DNA of 64,000 bases from Desulfobacterales bacterium. Its GTDB lineage: Bacteria > Desulfobacterota > Desulfobacteria > Desulfobacterales > JAFDDL01. The DNA is taken from positions 6,344 to 70,343 of the forward strand of contig CAXXFG010000006.1 of assembly GCA_963678885.2 (NCBI GenBank), in the 5' to 3' direction. Under the pieces are notes generated by a model. That model was not told the DNA's origin. It was given only the letters and a program-made list of their open reading frames with translations, and did not search any database. Shown here in pieces: positions 63,291-64,000 of this stretch; the first letter of the stretch is position 1; every line of letters begins with the position of its first letter. A program made the position numbers and the translations under genes.

Positions 63291-64000
63291 GCCGCCACCT
63301 CCTTGAGCAGGGCCAGAATTTCGCCTTCCAGTACCTTGATGTCCGCTTCGATCTCATCCAAGGGCCGGGGCGGCTCGTAGCGGTAAAAGTGGCGGTTCAA
63401 GGGGATCTCGTAACCGACCTTAGTTTTGGCTTCATCGATCCAAGCGTCGGGCACATGAGGCAGGACCTCGCGCTGGAAATAGGCCTCGATGCTCTCCTTG
63501 AGGGGCACGTTTTCCGTGTCGCGCAGTTCCGGGTCGGATTCCGGTTTGCCGTGCTTGTCCCGGCAGATATCGGCGGTTTCATCCCGCTCGCCCAGGGCAC
63601 TGAGCACGGCCTTGAGTTCAGCGGCGGACAGCCGCACGCCTAGCTTGCGGTCGATTTCCCGGAGATCGAGAAGAAATGCCTTGCGGTCCTTGTACAGTGT
63701 TTCGCCATGGGCCTGGGCAAAGTCCCGCAGCAGGCCGCGGATCTCTTCCTGGCGCTTCTTTCCGGCTTCGATTTCCCGCAGGCGCACGGCTTCGTTTTTC
63801 TTCTTGCTGTCGGCCAGATTTTTGAAAGCAGTTTCGTTTTCCAGCCGCTCGATGCGGCCAGCGCTGGCCTGAAAGTTGAGCCGCAGGGGCCGTTCCACCG
63901 TGATCTTGTGAAAGCCGAAGTCGGCATTGTCGAAGATCTTGCTGACCACCAGGGTCTTTTCCCCGCCGTTGACCATCAGGGTGCGGGTTTCGCCGTCCTG
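63287..64000 (-). CDS. hsdM: Type I R-M methyltransferase subunit, C-terminal part (continues beyond the window)
   Basis: The frame stays open to the window edge. Its position directly upstream of and overlapping hsdS, and its C-terminal helical region, are typical of long HsdM proteins. The catalytic NPPF region is outside the window, so the call rests on context. Confidence 0.65.
   Translation of the reverse strand, partial: QDGETRTLMVNGGEKTLVVSKIFDNADFGFHKITVERPLRLNFQASAGRIERLENETAFKNLADSKKKNEAVRLREIEAGKKRQEEIRGLLRDFAQAHGETLYKDRKAFLLDLREIDRKLGVRLSAAELKAVLSALGERDETADICRDKHGKPESDPELRDTENVPLKESIEAYFQREVLPHVPDAWIDEAKTKVGYEIPLNRHFYRYEPPRPLDEIEADIKVLEGEILALLKEVAA

Overview
No tools were used: every homology call rests on motifs I recognise by eye, and all GC values are rough estimates from a few lines.

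The window splits into four blocks.

(1) nt 1-15,470. This AT-richer region (about 40% GC) is a heavily rearranged accessory array of a two-gene cassette. Gene A encodes a ~200-aa membrane-anchored CarboxypepD_reg-like protein. Gene B encodes a secreted zinc-phospholipase-C-like protein. Two IS types have overrun the array. One is an IS1380-family element, present as one complete and one broken copy. The other is a ~1.02-kb HUH/Y1 (IS200/RAYT-like) element, present as six near-identical copies, all on the + strand. Each Y1 copy is bounded by a 14-bp inverted repeat, TTGGGGTCGGGCCG. All six carry the same frame break, three residues after the predicted catalytic Tyr. The block also contains two exact 1,632-bp tandem units and stuttered element ends. 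Every recognisable B gene copy is broken.

(2) nt 15,982-22,190. After a sharp switch to about 60% GC comes a group-2 Mrp cation/proton antiporter operon (mrpA'CDEFG). Its MrpA carries an unexpected ~170-aa cytoplasmic N-terminal domain that looks like a catalytically dead Swt1-type HEPN domain.

(3) nt 22.2-48.2 kb. These are core genes:
- cstA.
- A Wood-Ljungdahl acs cluster (acsV-acsD-acsB-acsC-acsE-DUF3786), with no CODH catalytic subunit in the window.
- A degenerate HD-GYP protein.
- A 1,422-aa PPDK-like protein that lacks the PEP/pyruvate TIM barrel.
- A long-form gap gene, an XRE-cupin regulator, rsmA, DUF2062, an M16C protease and a DUF2520 protein.

(4) nt 48.2-64 kb. This is a mosaic accessory and defence region. 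It holds a low-GC islet, an AraC regulator and a RhuM-Fic/Doc gene. Next comes a translationally coupled three-gene operon with no recognisable function, which is my best candidate for an undescribed system. Beyond it lie an AlbA_2/Schlafen-like ATP-binding protein and a type I R-M operon (hsdM-hsdS-FRG-hsdR). In that operon an FRG-domain gene is translationally coupled between hsdS and hsdR.

I found no rRNA, tRNA or CRISPR array.
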